A stretch of DNA of 64,000 nt, taken from NCBI GenBank assembly GCA_964384485.1, contig CAYLLE010000002.1, positions 5,825 to 69,824 on the forward strand. The letters run 5' to 3'. This DNA comes from an uncultured Spirochaetales bacterium. Its GTDB lineage: Bacteria; Spirochaetota; Spirochaetia; CAYLLE01. Below, one piece after another: positions 17,249 through 26,288 of this stretch. Under the pieces are notes generated by a model that saw only the letters and a list, made by a program, of their open reading frames with translations, was not told the origin of the DNA and searched no databases. Position 1 is the first letter of the stretch. Each line of letters opens with the position of its first letter. A program made the translations under genes and the position numbers.

Positions 17249-18451
17249 ATGAAACGGTTTTTAATCCCGTTCCTGCTTATCCTGATTGCTGTTTTTCACA
17301 TAGCTGCCCAGGAAGGAAACGGACAGGATCCGGGGGATTCCATCGTAACGACATTTTTAAATAATTTTGAACGGGCAAGTCTGGAAGTCAAAATAAAAAT
17401 ATTAAAAGATTCAGAGACCAGAGGTCCGGAGCAGATGGGGCCATTATATGTGGAAGCCCTGCAGTATGTTGTAAGCAGCGCGGACAGGCTCAAAACGGAT
17501 TCTCTTATGCGAGAGCTTGCTTCCGTATCGGCAGAGCTTGCCGGGAAATCGGGTTCAAAACAGGCCGCAAACCCGCTTTGGGATTTATTCAAGGTCAACG
17601 AGGAAACTCTCGTCCGAATGACAATCCTCCGGGCCTTAGGAGACATCGCGGAACCGGGTGAACAGACGGTGGTCCGTCTTAACGACTGGGTATCAAAACA
17701 AAACGCCGCGTTCAGGGCCGGTGCCGACCCGGATTTTCAGGTGTTGGAAGTAGCAGTTGAGTCACTTGGAAAGATCGGAGATGCTTCTTCCTTCGTTCCC
17801 CTGTTGAACGCCAGACTTAACCAGTATTCCGCGAGGATAAGCGAAACCGCGATGACTTCCATCCGTAATTTGGAAGGGAATGTACCCGCCTTACTTCTGG
17901 ACGCGTATCAGAAGAGCACGCTGGACCGAAAAACCCAGATCCTCAATCTGTTTCTCGGCTCCGATGAATTAACCGGCCAGGAGAAAGCCCAGCTGGCAGG
18001 TGTCGCGCTTCGTGAAGCGGTCTCCATGGCCGCGTCCGCTGTCAGCGACAGCAAAGCAATCCGGACCCTGCGGTTCACCGCCGTCAAACCGGTGACTGAA
18101 TATAAATACTCGGAAGCAACAGATGCCGTCATCAGGCACTTTAATCTTTGCGTTACCGAATACGACCGGGGTATCATAACAAAAACCAATATGCTTGAAG
18201 CTATCGCGGCATTAGGAGCAATGGGTAATGAGAAAGCCGCCGCGGCACTGGCATCTTACATGGACATAATCAACGTGTATACAGAGAACGACCGGCAGTA
18301 CGACACGCAAATCGTGCTTGCAGTAGTCCGGAACCTTAACAGTCTGGGGCATAAGGTCGCCTACAGCTCCCTTCTGTATGCCACTTATCTTGATTACTCT
18401 GCCACCATAAAAGCAGAAGTTGAAAAAGCAGTGGCTTCCCTGGAGAACTGA
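17249..18451 (+). CDS. secreted HEAT/PBS-lyase-like repeat protein
   Basis: 400 aa. Signal peptide MKRFLIPFLLILIAVFHIAAQ. Recurrent RALGDIAEP / SLGKIGDASSFVPLL / ALGAMGNEKAAAALA HEAT-type repeats. Confidence 0.55.
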   Translation: MKRFLIPFLLILIAVFHIAAQEGNGQDPGDSIVTTFLNNFERASLEVKIKILKDSETRGPEQMGPLYVEALQYVVSSADRLKTDSLMRELASVSAELAGKSGSKQAANPLWDLFKVNEETLVRMTILRALGDIAEPGEQTVVRLNDWVSKQNAAFRAGADPDFQVLEVAVESLGKIGDASSFVPLLNARLNQYSARISETAMTSIRNLEGNVPALLLDAYQKSTLDRKTQILNLFLGSDELTGQEKAQLAGVALREAVSMAASAVSDSKAIRTLRFTAVKPVTEYKYSEATDAVIRHFNLCVTEYDRGIITKTNMLEAIAALGAMGNEKAAAALASYMDIINVYTENDRQYDTQIVLAVVRNLNSLGHKVAYSSLLYATYLDYSATIKAEVEKAVASLEN

Positions 18452-18463
18452 TTCCATACGTGC

Positions 18464-19939
18464 ATGACCAGAATTGCGGGTGAGATCACGATCTACTTGG
18501 CGGCCGCCGTATCCTCGGCGGCCGGATTTTTTTTCGGTGCCCTTTCCTTTGTTCCCGCCTTCGCTGCCGGGATGATTATCGCCGGTTTCGGGGTAACCGT
18601 GACAATCCGGAACAGCATAAACAGCAGGATAGTCTGCGCCGCTCTTCTCTGCACCTCCATCCTGCTTCCGGCGTCTGTATTTCTCCGGGAACGGACAATG
18701 ATTTCTGAATCGGGTTTAAAACCGCCTGCTGAGATAGGTCAAATATCCGCGTTTTCCGGAGAACTTGTCTCGGATTCAAGAAAGATCCGGGACGGAAAGA
18801 CCATGTATATCCTTCGGTTCCATGAGATCCGGAGCGTCAGCGGGATCCGGTACAAAAGCGGATTTACGGGAACCGCACTGGTTTTCGGATGGGGACTGCC
18901 GTGTCTTTATCGGGGGAGCATAATTACTGCTGCGGCACCACTCTCGCCGGGTACGTCAAAGGAGGATCCCTTTACCGCCTCTGTGTCGGATTCGGATGTC
19001 TTCTTTTCCGGATATACAAACAGAATTACCGAAATGCGGGGAATCCTGCGGGAAAAGTTCCTGTCGGCCGGTGAAGTCTTCAAGGGCCGAACCGGAGCTT
19101 TTCTTACGGCACTCCTTACAGGAGACCGGCAGCGATTGAATCCGGAAGATGCCGCGGTTTTTAGAAAAGCCGGCTGTGCCCATATTCTGGCCCTTTCGGG
19201 TATGCACCTGGGGATCCTCTGCGCGCTATTTACCCTTGTTTTAAATCCGGTGACCGGCGGGCGGTCATTCTGGCTTGTTGCTCCCGCGGTTCTTCTCTAT
19301 ATTTTTGTTACCGGACCTTTGCCGTCTCTAAACAGGGCGGCGCTGATGTTTCTCCTTGGGGGTCTGGGAAAACTATTCGGGAGACGGGTGGATTTGAGAA
19401 TACTTCTGCTGCTGTCATTTGTGATACTCCTCTTTGCAGATCCTGTGTCGGCCCGGACCCTATCGTTTCAGCTTTCTTTTCTCGCGTTAGCCGGCATCAT
19501 TTTTCTTTCTCCCCCCATAGTATCGATGCTTGAACCCAGGCTAGGAAGATGGCTCGCGCTGCCGTTATCGGCATCTCTTGCCGCGCAGACCGCGACAGCG
19601 CCGCTGCTCCTGGCTCTGTTCGGAACTATCCGGCCCGCAGGCATTATCGCTGCCCTGGTACTGACTCCCCTGGTTACGGTTTTCCTATGGGGCGGAATCA
19701 TCAGTATTGTATGCACAGCCGTGTTTCCGGTACTGACGGAAGCGGCGTCCTCGCTTCTCACGGTAATCTGCGGTACCGTCGTCAAAGCGGCTGATTCATT
19801 CTCCCGGTTTCCGGGTATTTCACCGGATCACCTCTTCGGCAAGGTTTTTGCCGCGGTGATATGTATAGCAGCGGCGGTTTTTCTTCTGATACGAAATGGA
19901 ACGTTCCGGTTACCCGTTATAGGAGGCCGAAGAAAGTGA
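18464..19939 (+). CDS. comEC: ComEC/Rec2-family DNA internalisation channel protein (no beta-lactamase-fold domain)
   Basis: 491 aa, many TMs. Competence-domain motif FRKAGCAHILALSGMHLGIL. N-terminal DUF4131-like region. Confidence 0.8.
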   Translation: MTRIAGEITIYLAAAVSSAAGFFFGALSFVPAFAAGMIIAGFGVTVTIRNSINSRIVCAALLCTSILLPASVFLRERTMISESGLKPPAEIGQISAFSGELVSDSRKIRDGKTMYILRFHEIRSVSGIRYKSGFTGTALVFGWGLPCLYRGSIITAAAPLSPGTSKEDPFTASVSDSDVFFSGYTNRITEMRGILREKFLSAGEVFKGRTGAFLTALLTGDRQRLNPEDAAVFRKAGCAHILALSGMHLGILCALFTLVLNPVTGGRSFWLVAPAVLLYIFVTGPLPSLNRAALMFLLGGLGKLFGRRVDLRILLLLSFVILLFADPVSARTLSFQLSFLALAGIIFLSPPIVSMLEPRLGRWLALPLSASLAAQTATAPLLLALFGTIRPAGIIAALVLTPLVTVFLWGGIISIVCTAVFPVLTEAASSLLTVICGTVVKAADSFSRFPGISPDHLFGKVFAAVICIAAAVFLLIRNGTFRLPVIGGRRK

Positions 19940-20808
19940 ACTACGGATCGGTACGGGAAATTAAAGAGCTCCTGGAAAAATATAATATTGGTTTAAAAAA
20001 AAGATGGGGACAGAACTATCTGCTCAGCCATGACCTTCGTCACAGGATTACCGCTTGGGCGGGCATTACCGGAGATTCCTTGGTATGGGAGATCGGACCC
20101 GGCATCGGCTCTCTCACCGGTCTTTTAGCCCAAGAGGCGGGAAAACTTATCCTCTTCGAAATTGACTGGGGGATCATCCGGGTGCTTGAAGATTTATTCG
20201 GGGACAATGATAACATCGTGATACGCGGAGGCGATTTCCTGGATACCTTCCGGAACGTCCGGAATGAATTCGGGGAACCGGACCGGATCGTGGGAAATCT
20301 CCCGTACCGTTCCGCCGGCACCATGATAGCGGCGCTGATTGAAAACGGTGTCGCTCCGAGGCGGATGGTTTTTATGGTCCAGAAAGAGCTCGCCGACCGC
20401 ATGACTGCCGTGCCCGGCACGAAGGCGTTTTCGGCGTTTACGGTTCTCTGCCGGAGCGGCTGGAGAACCGAAGTGGCCGGGGAGGTGAAACCCGGCTCGT
20501 TCTATCCAGCTCCGGAGGTTTCCTCGGTGGTGGTGATAATGGAACCTGACGGGAGCGGTGTAAAACCGCTTAATTTTACATTGTATAAGGAAATTGTGCG
20601 GCAGGCATTTGTTTCGCGCCGGAAAAAGATCAGCAATAACTTGAAAAAGATGCCCGTTCTAACCGGAATCCCGGATAAGGAGATTAGAGGATCATTTGCT
20701 GACGCCGGAATTTCACCAGAAGCCAGGGCGGAGGAACTCCGCCCTGAAGAGTTTGCGCGCCTATCTGACGCTCTCCATCTGAAATTACAGGATATCCAGA
20801 GCGGATAG
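19936..20808 (+). CDS. rsmA: 16S rRNA (adenine1518/1519-N6)-dimethyltransferase RsmA/KsgA
   Basis: The track ORF starts at 19861 inside comEC. I prefer GTG 19936 (GTGA overlap with the comEC stop; AGGAGG at 19921). Motifs KKRWGQNYL, EIGPGIGSLT, VGNLPY. Confidence 0.9.
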   Translation: MNYGSVREIKELLEKYNIGLKKRWGQNYLLSHDLRHRITAWAGITGDSLVWEIGPGIGSLTGLLAQEAGKLILFEIDWGIIRVLEDLFGDNDNIVIRGGDFLDTFRNVRNEFGEPDRIVGNLPYRSAGTMIAALIENGVAPRRMVFMVQKELADRMTAVPGTKAFSAFTVLCRSGWRTEVAGEVKPGSFYPAPEVSSVVVIMEPDGSGVKPLNFTLYKEIVRQAFVSRRKKISNNLKKMPVLTGIPDKEIRGSFADAGISPEARAEELRPEEFARLSDALHLKLQDIQSG

Positions 20809-21666
20809 GATTTTTTTGAACTCCTTCTTTTTATCCTTGTCCAGGGGGCACATGGGGAGGCGGTAGTATTCCTGAATCATTTTTTTGGAGGCTAAGGCAA
20901 ATTTAATCGGTATCGGATTTGTGTCCAGTTTTAAGAGCGCCTTGAAAAGGGGCATATGCCGGTAGTGTTCCTTCCGGGCACCTGCAATATTTCCCCTGAG
21001 AGCGTCGGCAATCATTCCGGAAATCCGGTCCGGTATAATATTGCTGGCCACTGAAACCACTCCTGAACCGCCTAAGGCCGTTATAGGAAACGCCAAATTG
21101 TCGTCTCCGGAGAGCACGGTGAATCCTTCCGGTTTACGGTCGATGGTTTCCATAATCTGCTGAAAATCTCCGCTTGCTTCCTTTACCGCGCCGATGTTCG
21201 GGTGCGCCGCCAGCTTCATCATGGTATCAATTTCGATATTCCGCCCGGTCCTGCCGGGGATGTTGTAAATCATCTGCGGCAGGTCAACCGAATCGGCGAT
21301 GGCGGTAAAATGACGGTAAAGCCCTTCCTGGTTCGGTTTATTGTAATACGGGGTCACCTGGAGAGATGCAGACGCACCCAGATCTTTCGCCCGTTTTGTC
21401 ATGTTTACCGCTTCGGCGGTGGAGTTGGAACCGGTTCCCGCGATAACCGGAACTCTTCCCCCCGCCTGGTCAATGACCATCTTGATCACTTCCAGATTTT
21501 CTTCATGGGTCACCGTGGGGCTTTCGCCGGTGGTGCCCATAGGGAGCAGCCCGGTGATCCCTCCGGATATTTGGAATTCCACAAGTTCTTTCAGAGCCTT
21601 CTCATCAATTGAGCCGTCCTTATTAAAGGGAGTAACCAACGCTGTATACACACCTTCAAACTTCAT
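20785..21666 (-). CDS. dapA: 4-hydroxy-tetrahydrodipicolinate synthase
   Basis: 293 aa. VTPFNKDGSIDE, GTTGESPT, YNIPGRTG, GAVKEASGD. The 3' end overlaps rsmA convergently by 24 nt. Confidence 0.93.
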   Translation of the reverse strand: MKFEGVYTALVTPFNKDGSIDEKALKELVEFQISGGITGLLPMGTTGESPTVTHEENLEVIKMVIDQAGGRVPVIAGTGSNSTAEAVNMTKRAKDLGASASLQVTPYYNKPNQEGLYRHFTAIADSVDLPQMIYNIPGRTGRNIEIDTMMKLAAHPNIGAVKEASGDFQQIMETIDRKPEGFTVLSGDDNLAFPITALGGSGVVSVASNIIPDRISGMIADALRGNIAGARKEHYRHMPLFKALLKLDTNPIPIKFALASKKMIQEYYRLPMCPLDKDKKKEFKKILSALDIL

Positions 21667-21667
21667 A

Positions 21668-22423
21668 CTAAAAGCCTCCTCGTATTAAATCGGTAATGAA
21701 ATCTTCAATTTGTAAAAATCCCTTCCGGTCTTTTAGCCATTCGGCGGCTTTAACTGCGCCGAGGGCAAATCCTCGCCGGGAACGGGCGGTGTGGCGCAGT
21801 TCCACCGTATCAGCCTCGGAATCGAGGAACACCGAATGGGTGCCTGGGACGGAACCGCCCCGGCTGGATGATACATGAAGCTCACCGGGCTCAATCTGCC
21901 GGTGCAGAGCCTCGGTAACAATGGTATGTTTGCTTCCGCAGGAATCGAGTATCCGTTTCGCGATCGTTAGGGCTGTGCCGGAAGGAGAATCTTTTTTTCC
22001 GGTATGATGTGTTTCGTGGACAAATATGTCGTACTCATCAATTGACCCGGCTATCTCCGCGGCTTTTTGAGTCAGAGCTAATAGAATATGAGCACCGATC
22101 GAAAAGTTTGATCCCCACAGGAGGGTACCCCCTGAATTCTCCACCGTCGATTTTACCTGTTCCCGGTCCTGTTCCCAGCCTGTTGTCCCGATCACGGCTG
22201 GGGTCCCGGCCCGGGAATACGCCTTTACATGGGGCAGGACTGCCGGTGCCAGAGAAAACTCGATCACCATATCGCACTCTGCCAGAAGATTGTCGGTAAT
22301 CTCTCCGTGATCACCCTTATCCGGATCGGCGTCGATCCGGGTACTGACCGTGTGTCCCCGGTCGATGAGAATCCCTTCTATTTCTCGTCCCATCCGGCCG
22401 TAGCCGACAAGCATTACCCGCAT
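21668..22423 (-). CDS. dapB: 4-hydroxy-tetrahydrodipicolinate reductase
   Basis: 251 aa. MRVMLVGYGRMGREI Rossmann start and the signature ETHHTGKKDSPSGTA. Confidence 0.9.
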   Translation of the reverse strand: MRVMLVGYGRMGREIEGILIDRGHTVSTRIDADPDKGDHGEITDNLLAECDMVIEFSLAPAVLPHVKAYSRAGTPAVIGTTGWEQDREQVKSTVENSGGTLLWGSNFSIGAHILLALTQKAAEIAGSIDEYDIFVHETHHTGKKDSPSGTALTIAKRILDSCGSKHTIVTEALHRQIEPGELHVSSSRGGSVPGTHSVFLDSEADTVELRHTARSRRGFALGAVKAAEWLKDRKGFLQIEDFITDLIRGGF

Positions 22424-22431
22424 TTTGCCTC

Positions 22432-23427
22432 CTACTCAGCTTGGGAGAGGGTCACCGCGGAGGTCACAACGATATCATCCACGGAACATCCCCGGGAAAG
22501 GTCGCTTACCGGTTTCGCGAAACCCTGGAGAAAAGGTCCGTACGCGTCGGCGCCTGCGAGCCGTTCGACCAGCTTGTATCCGATATTTCCCGCGCCCAGG
22601 TCGGGAAATATAAGCACATTCGCCTTACCGGCTACGTCGGAACCGGGAGCTTTCTTTTCCCCCACCGATGGAATCAGGGCGGCGTCTGCCTGCATCTCGC
22701 CGTCCACAGTCAGATCGGGCTGTTTATTCTTTATAATTTCCAGGGCCTGGGTTACTTTCTCTACAGCTGTATGGCTTGCTGAACCTTTTGTGGAGAACGA
22801 AAGCATTGCCACAACCGGTTCGGTTTTCAGAAACGTCCGGCACGACTTTGCGGCGGCTATTGCTATTTCAGCGAGCTGTTCCGCGTCGGGGTCGGGAATT
22901 GTGGCACAGTCCGAAAAAATCATGAGACCGTCCTTTCCCCACTGTTTGTCATCCAGTCTCATGACAAAACATGAGGAAGCGTATTTTGTACCCGGAGCGG
23001 TTTTTATAATGGTAAACGCCGCCCGGAGGACATTGCTTGTGGCGTTTTCCGCACCGGCTACCATGGCGTCGCATACATCTTTCCGCACCATCATGGCGCC
23101 CCACTTCAGCGGATCAGTAATTTCTTTCCGGGCCGTCTCCTTATCCATCCCCTTGTGCTTCCTGAGTTCATAATACTCATCGGTAAAACTCTCCAGGTGT
23201 TCAGATTCTTCCGGATTGATGATTTTTACTCCGGTTAAATCCGCGCCTGCTTTGGACGCGGTGGATTCAATCTCATTTTTTTTGCCGATTAACGAAACCT
23301 CCGGGGAAATCCCCTCATCAAGGATAATCCGCGCCGCATTTAGTGTCCGGGGTTCGGTACCCTCGGGAAGAACCAGTTTTTTCTGTAATTTCTTGGCATT
23401 TTCTTTCATCGATTCTGCAAAACCCAT
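22432..23427 (-). CDS. pta: phosphate acetyltransferase
   Basis: PTA_PTB domain. C-terminal AGADAYGPFLQGFAKPVSDLSRGCSVDDIV. I prefer ATG 23427 (AGGAG 8 nt upstream) over the track's GTG 23436. Confidence 0.9.
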   Translation of the reverse strand: MGFAESMKENAKKLQKKLVLPEGTEPRTLNAARIILDEGISPEVSLIGKKNEIESTASKAGADLTGVKIINPEESEHLESFTDEYYELRKHKGMDKETARKEITDPLKWGAMMVRKDVCDAMVAGAENATSNVLRAAFTIIKTAPGTKYASSCFVMRLDDKQWGKDGLMIFSDCATIPDPDAEQLAEIAIAAAKSCRTFLKTEPVVAMLSFSTKGSASHTAVEKVTQALEIIKNKQPDLTVDGEMQADAALIPSVGEKKAPGSDVAGKANVLIFPDLGAGNIGYKLVERLAGADAYGPFLQGFAKPVSDLSRGCSVDDIVVTSAVTLSQAE

Positions 23428-23552
23428 TATTATCACTCCTATACTATTCTATTTTGATTATACTTATAGTATATCAATTTAACTATATCTTTGTATAATT
23501 GTTTTTACCTTTCCGGACGATATCCTTTATTATCAGGAGGAGTGTACCGGAA

Positions 23553-24566
23553 ATGTTCCGGAAAATGAATTTCGGGGTGAAAATTATCATCCTAATGAGC
23601 GCCGCTTTAGTTTTAACCCTGGGGATAATGTTTATCTTTATGCATAACCGGGTACGCCGGGACGCACTGGATTCCATCGTGACCCAGGCGGAATCCGTTG
23701 CCGTGGTTTCAGATAACATCAGGAATTCCGTTTCAGATTTGTGAGAATCCGATGTTATAGCCCGGGAGGAGCTGATAGCGGAAGCGGAAGCCGGGGTGGC
23801 CGGCATTACATCCCGGGAAGAACGGCTTCGGACGGTACAGTCCCTTCGGGTGTATGATGCCATTCCCATTGTCAGAAGCTGGAAATCAATAGAGAATGAC
23901 GCGTCAAAGCTGGGTTTTTCTTTTAAGGTGCTGTCTCCTTCCCCCCGAAATCCGCGGAATCTGGCTCAGGGTGATGAATTATCCATGCTGCTGGACATGG
24001 AAGAACGTGGGCTTCTATACCACTGGGTGATCGATGATGAACTCAATGCTGTCCGGTACATCAGATTGATAAAGGTTGATGAAATTGATGAAGGATGTCT
24101 CCTCTGCCACGGTGAAGGTGATACCGACTTTCTCGGCTTCCCCATGGAAGGTATGGAAGCCGGAGATCTCAGGGGCGGCTTTCAGTTCACCTTTCCCCTG
24201 GATGAAATGCAGGGAAAGGTGAATACGGTAATCCTTCAAGTCGTATTATTGGTGTGCGCGATTCTTATCCTTTTTATTCCGCTGACCCTGTACCTGATCC
24301 GGCATCTCGCCATCCTGCCGGTAACGGTGGAGAAAAACGGCAACCGGGACGATATCGGGAAACTTCAGGAATCCATGGCCGGGATGGTCCGCCAGCTAAA
24401 GACGATTACCGGGGCTGTTCGGACGGCCACCCGGCAGGTGTCTGTCGGTTCCCGGGAAATATCCCTGAGTTCGGAACAGCTTGAGGAGCTTGTGTCGTTT
24501 TTTACTATTGAAACGGAGGAGACTATTCCATCCCTGCCTTCCCCCGACGGAGGGGGTCCGAGCTAG
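23553..24566 (+). pseudogene. decayed methyl-accepting chemotaxis protein with a DUF3365 (Tll0287-like, CxxCH haem-binding) periplasmic sensor
   Basis: Track ORFs 23499-23744 and 23796-24566 are in the same frame, separated only by TGA at 23742-23744 (..NSVSDL*ESDVIAREEL..). They encode TM1, a DUF3365-like domain (AIPIVRSWKSIENDASKLGFSFKVLSPSPRNPRNLAQGDE..., CLLCHGEGD) and TM2. After TM2 there is only about 75 aa, in which a HAMP/MCP remnant (DDIGKLQESMAGMVRQL..QVSVGSREISLSSEQLEELVSFF) runs straight into the C-terminal end. The roughly 200-aa signalling hairpin is missing. Confidence 0.65.
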
Positions 24567-25384
24567 ATGTCCGCGCCGGGGTACCGCGCTTTAATCCATC
24601 CGGGTAATATCCCGAACCGCTTCATAAGTCTGAGGGCGTTGCCCCCCAGGATATCCGCGATTTTATCTTCAGGAAGATCTAAATGCAGTACCGCCCCGAT
24701 ACCGACGGAAGGCGGATTACCGAAAGCGTCACTCCCGAGCATGATCTTCCGGGTAGGAGCTTCCGACACGATCCGGTCGAGCCAGCCTAGGCTGCCGTAA
24801 TGCCACATGCTGGTGTACACGTTTTCACGGGAGCGGAGCAGATCCGGGGGTGCGACATGGGCCCCGATAAAAACGGTATCCGGAAAGGAAGATGATATCC
24901 GGTCAAATTCTGCCGGTGTCCAGAAGTGGTTTATCACCATCATTCCGTTCGCTTCGGCAAAGGCGTATACTTTCATGAGAACCTCCGAATCTCCAGGCGC
25001 GTCATGCTGATACCGGTTCAGGAGCTTTATGCCCCGAACGCCGTTTTTGAACATCCGCCTTAGTTCCGTGAATATCCGGTCCGGGTTGTCGTGGGGATTG
25101 ATGTGGCAGAATGGAACGACCTTTTCCGGGAACGCATCCCGCCACTTGAGCAGGTCGGTATTGCCGGGAATATAGTCGTTGCCGAAAAACATTCCGCCGC
25201 CGCTTAACGCCCAGATCATATCGATTCCGTGGGTTTCCATATACTCAGGAATTACTTTGAGTGATTCTTTAAAGCTGTTGTATATTCCCCGGCGTCTCCA
25301 GTCCTTCAGATGGATATGAGCGTCAACAACAGGTATGTCGGGAATTCCTTTTCCCGAACGCCAGTTTTCCAGAAGCTTGTTCAT
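24563..25384 (-). CDS. amidohydrolase-2 (TIM-barrel metal-dependent hydrolase/decarboxylase) family protein
   Basis: 273 aa. N-terminal metal motif VVDAHIHL, a later HINP and GAHV, and the C-terminal Asp region MLGSDAF. Confidence 0.75.
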   Translation of the reverse strand: MNKLLENWRSGKGIPDIPVVDAHIHLKDWRRRGIYNSFKESLKVIPEYMETHGIDMIWALSGGGMFFGNDYIPGNTDLLKWRDAFPEKVVPFCHINPHDNPDRIFTELRRMFKNGVRGIKLLNRYQHDAPGDSEVLMKVYAFAEANGMMVINHFWTPAEFDRISSSFPDTVFIGAHVAPPDLLRSRENVYTSMWHYGSLGWLDRIVSEAPTRKIMLGSDAFGNPPSVGIGAVLHLDLPEDKIADILGGNALRLMKRFGILPGWIKARYPGADI

Positions 25385-26175
25385 ACCGTGTTCTCCATGA
25401 GCTGCCTGATGTTTCCGCTGTAAATTTTTCTTTTTTCCGTTGCCGAAAGACCGGGTTCATACTGAACGTTGTAGAGCAGGATTCCGGGCTCCACGTAGGG
25501 AGCGCCGGTAGCGAAAAGAACTTTTCCGGCCCCCGCGTGTTTGACCGCCTCCCGCCAGAAGGTTAGAATCCCGGATATATCCAGGAAGGTGTTCTCCCTT
25601 TTTAGAATCAAATGGAAAAGTTCCGGGGGAATTCCTAATCCTCCCATAACATTCGAGAATATAAACGGCAGATCCTTGAACATCTCGGTCATTTCATATA
25701 ACCCGGCAATATCATTTGGAGAAGGGGCCCCGAAAACTGAATCGGTTCCGAAACAGCAGAACGCCGGTATCCGGTGCTTTTCCAGTAGCGTCAGAGCGGA
25801 CTCCCAGATTTCCGTGACCGGCCGGATGAAGCCGAACGGCAGCTGTACTGCCGCGGCACCGTCCGCGACGGCCTCTGATGCCGTTCCGTCTTCCGCCCCG
25901 GGGTAATCAGGATTGATTACGTAAACCGGATGGATCCGTTCATATCCGGAAACTGCCGTCATAAGATCCCGGTTCCCCTTTTCCCGCGGATGCTTCGTCC
26001 GGGCCGCCCCTGATACCGCCAGACAGTGGGCTACTCCGTACCTATCCATCAGCCCGATCACCTCCTCTATTGTATTGAGGGTGCAGGGACAGTCGGGGTG
26101 AATAAATTTTCCGATGACCACCGATGAATCGAAGATTTCAAATTCCTGAATCGGCGGGATTGTGTTCATGTTCAT
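25381..26175 (-). CDS. amidohydrolase-2-like protein lacking the N-terminal HxH metal motif
   Basis: 264 aa. Overall layout resembles its neighbour (C-terminal VLFATGAPY, SGNIRQLM), but the HxH position reads FDSSVVIG. The stop/start overlaps the downstream amidohydrolase (ATGA-type, 25381-25384). Confidence 0.6.
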   Translation of the reverse strand: MNMNTIPPIQEFEIFDSSVVIGKFIHPDCPCTLNTIEEVIGLMDRYGVAHCLAVSGAARTKHPREKGNRDLMTAVSGYERIHPVYVINPDYPGAEDGTASEAVADGAAAVQLPFGFIRPVTEIWESALTLLEKHRIPAFCCFGTDSVFGAPSPNDIAGLYEMTEMFKDLPFIFSNVMGGLGIPPELFHLILKRENTFLDISGILTFWREAVKHAGAGKVLFATGAPYVEPGILLYNVQYEPGLSATEKRKIYSGNIRQLMENTV

Positions 26176-26288
26176 TGCTCAATTCTATTTCATCCTGGTC
26201 ACAAGCGCAAAGAGCGTCGCAACAAAGGACAAACAAGGAACAAACAATTCCATAGAGAACCTCCATCGGTCCTGGTAGACTGCGTTAC

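Noticed and set aside
22229-23173. 314-aa plus-strand ORF overlapping dapB and pta.
   Set aside because: It is antisense to two genes with unmistakable family signatures. Its sequence is Ser/Ala/Pro-rich with no motifs, typical of a shadow ORF.
23742-23744. In-frame TGA in the chemoreceptor considered as selenocysteine or a reassigned codon.
   Set aside because: Many genes in the window terminate with TGA. No hairpin resembling a SECIS element follows it, and the gene also carries a large deletion, so a nonsense mutation or read error is simpler.
26195-26260. CA-rich tract acaaaggacaaacaaggaacaaacaa upstream of the DegT gene, with two AAGGA motifs, considered as CsrA-binding sites or a small repeat.
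   Set aside because: It has only two short GGA motifs, no supporting hairpins that I could fold by eye, and no second example. The evidence is insufficient to call.
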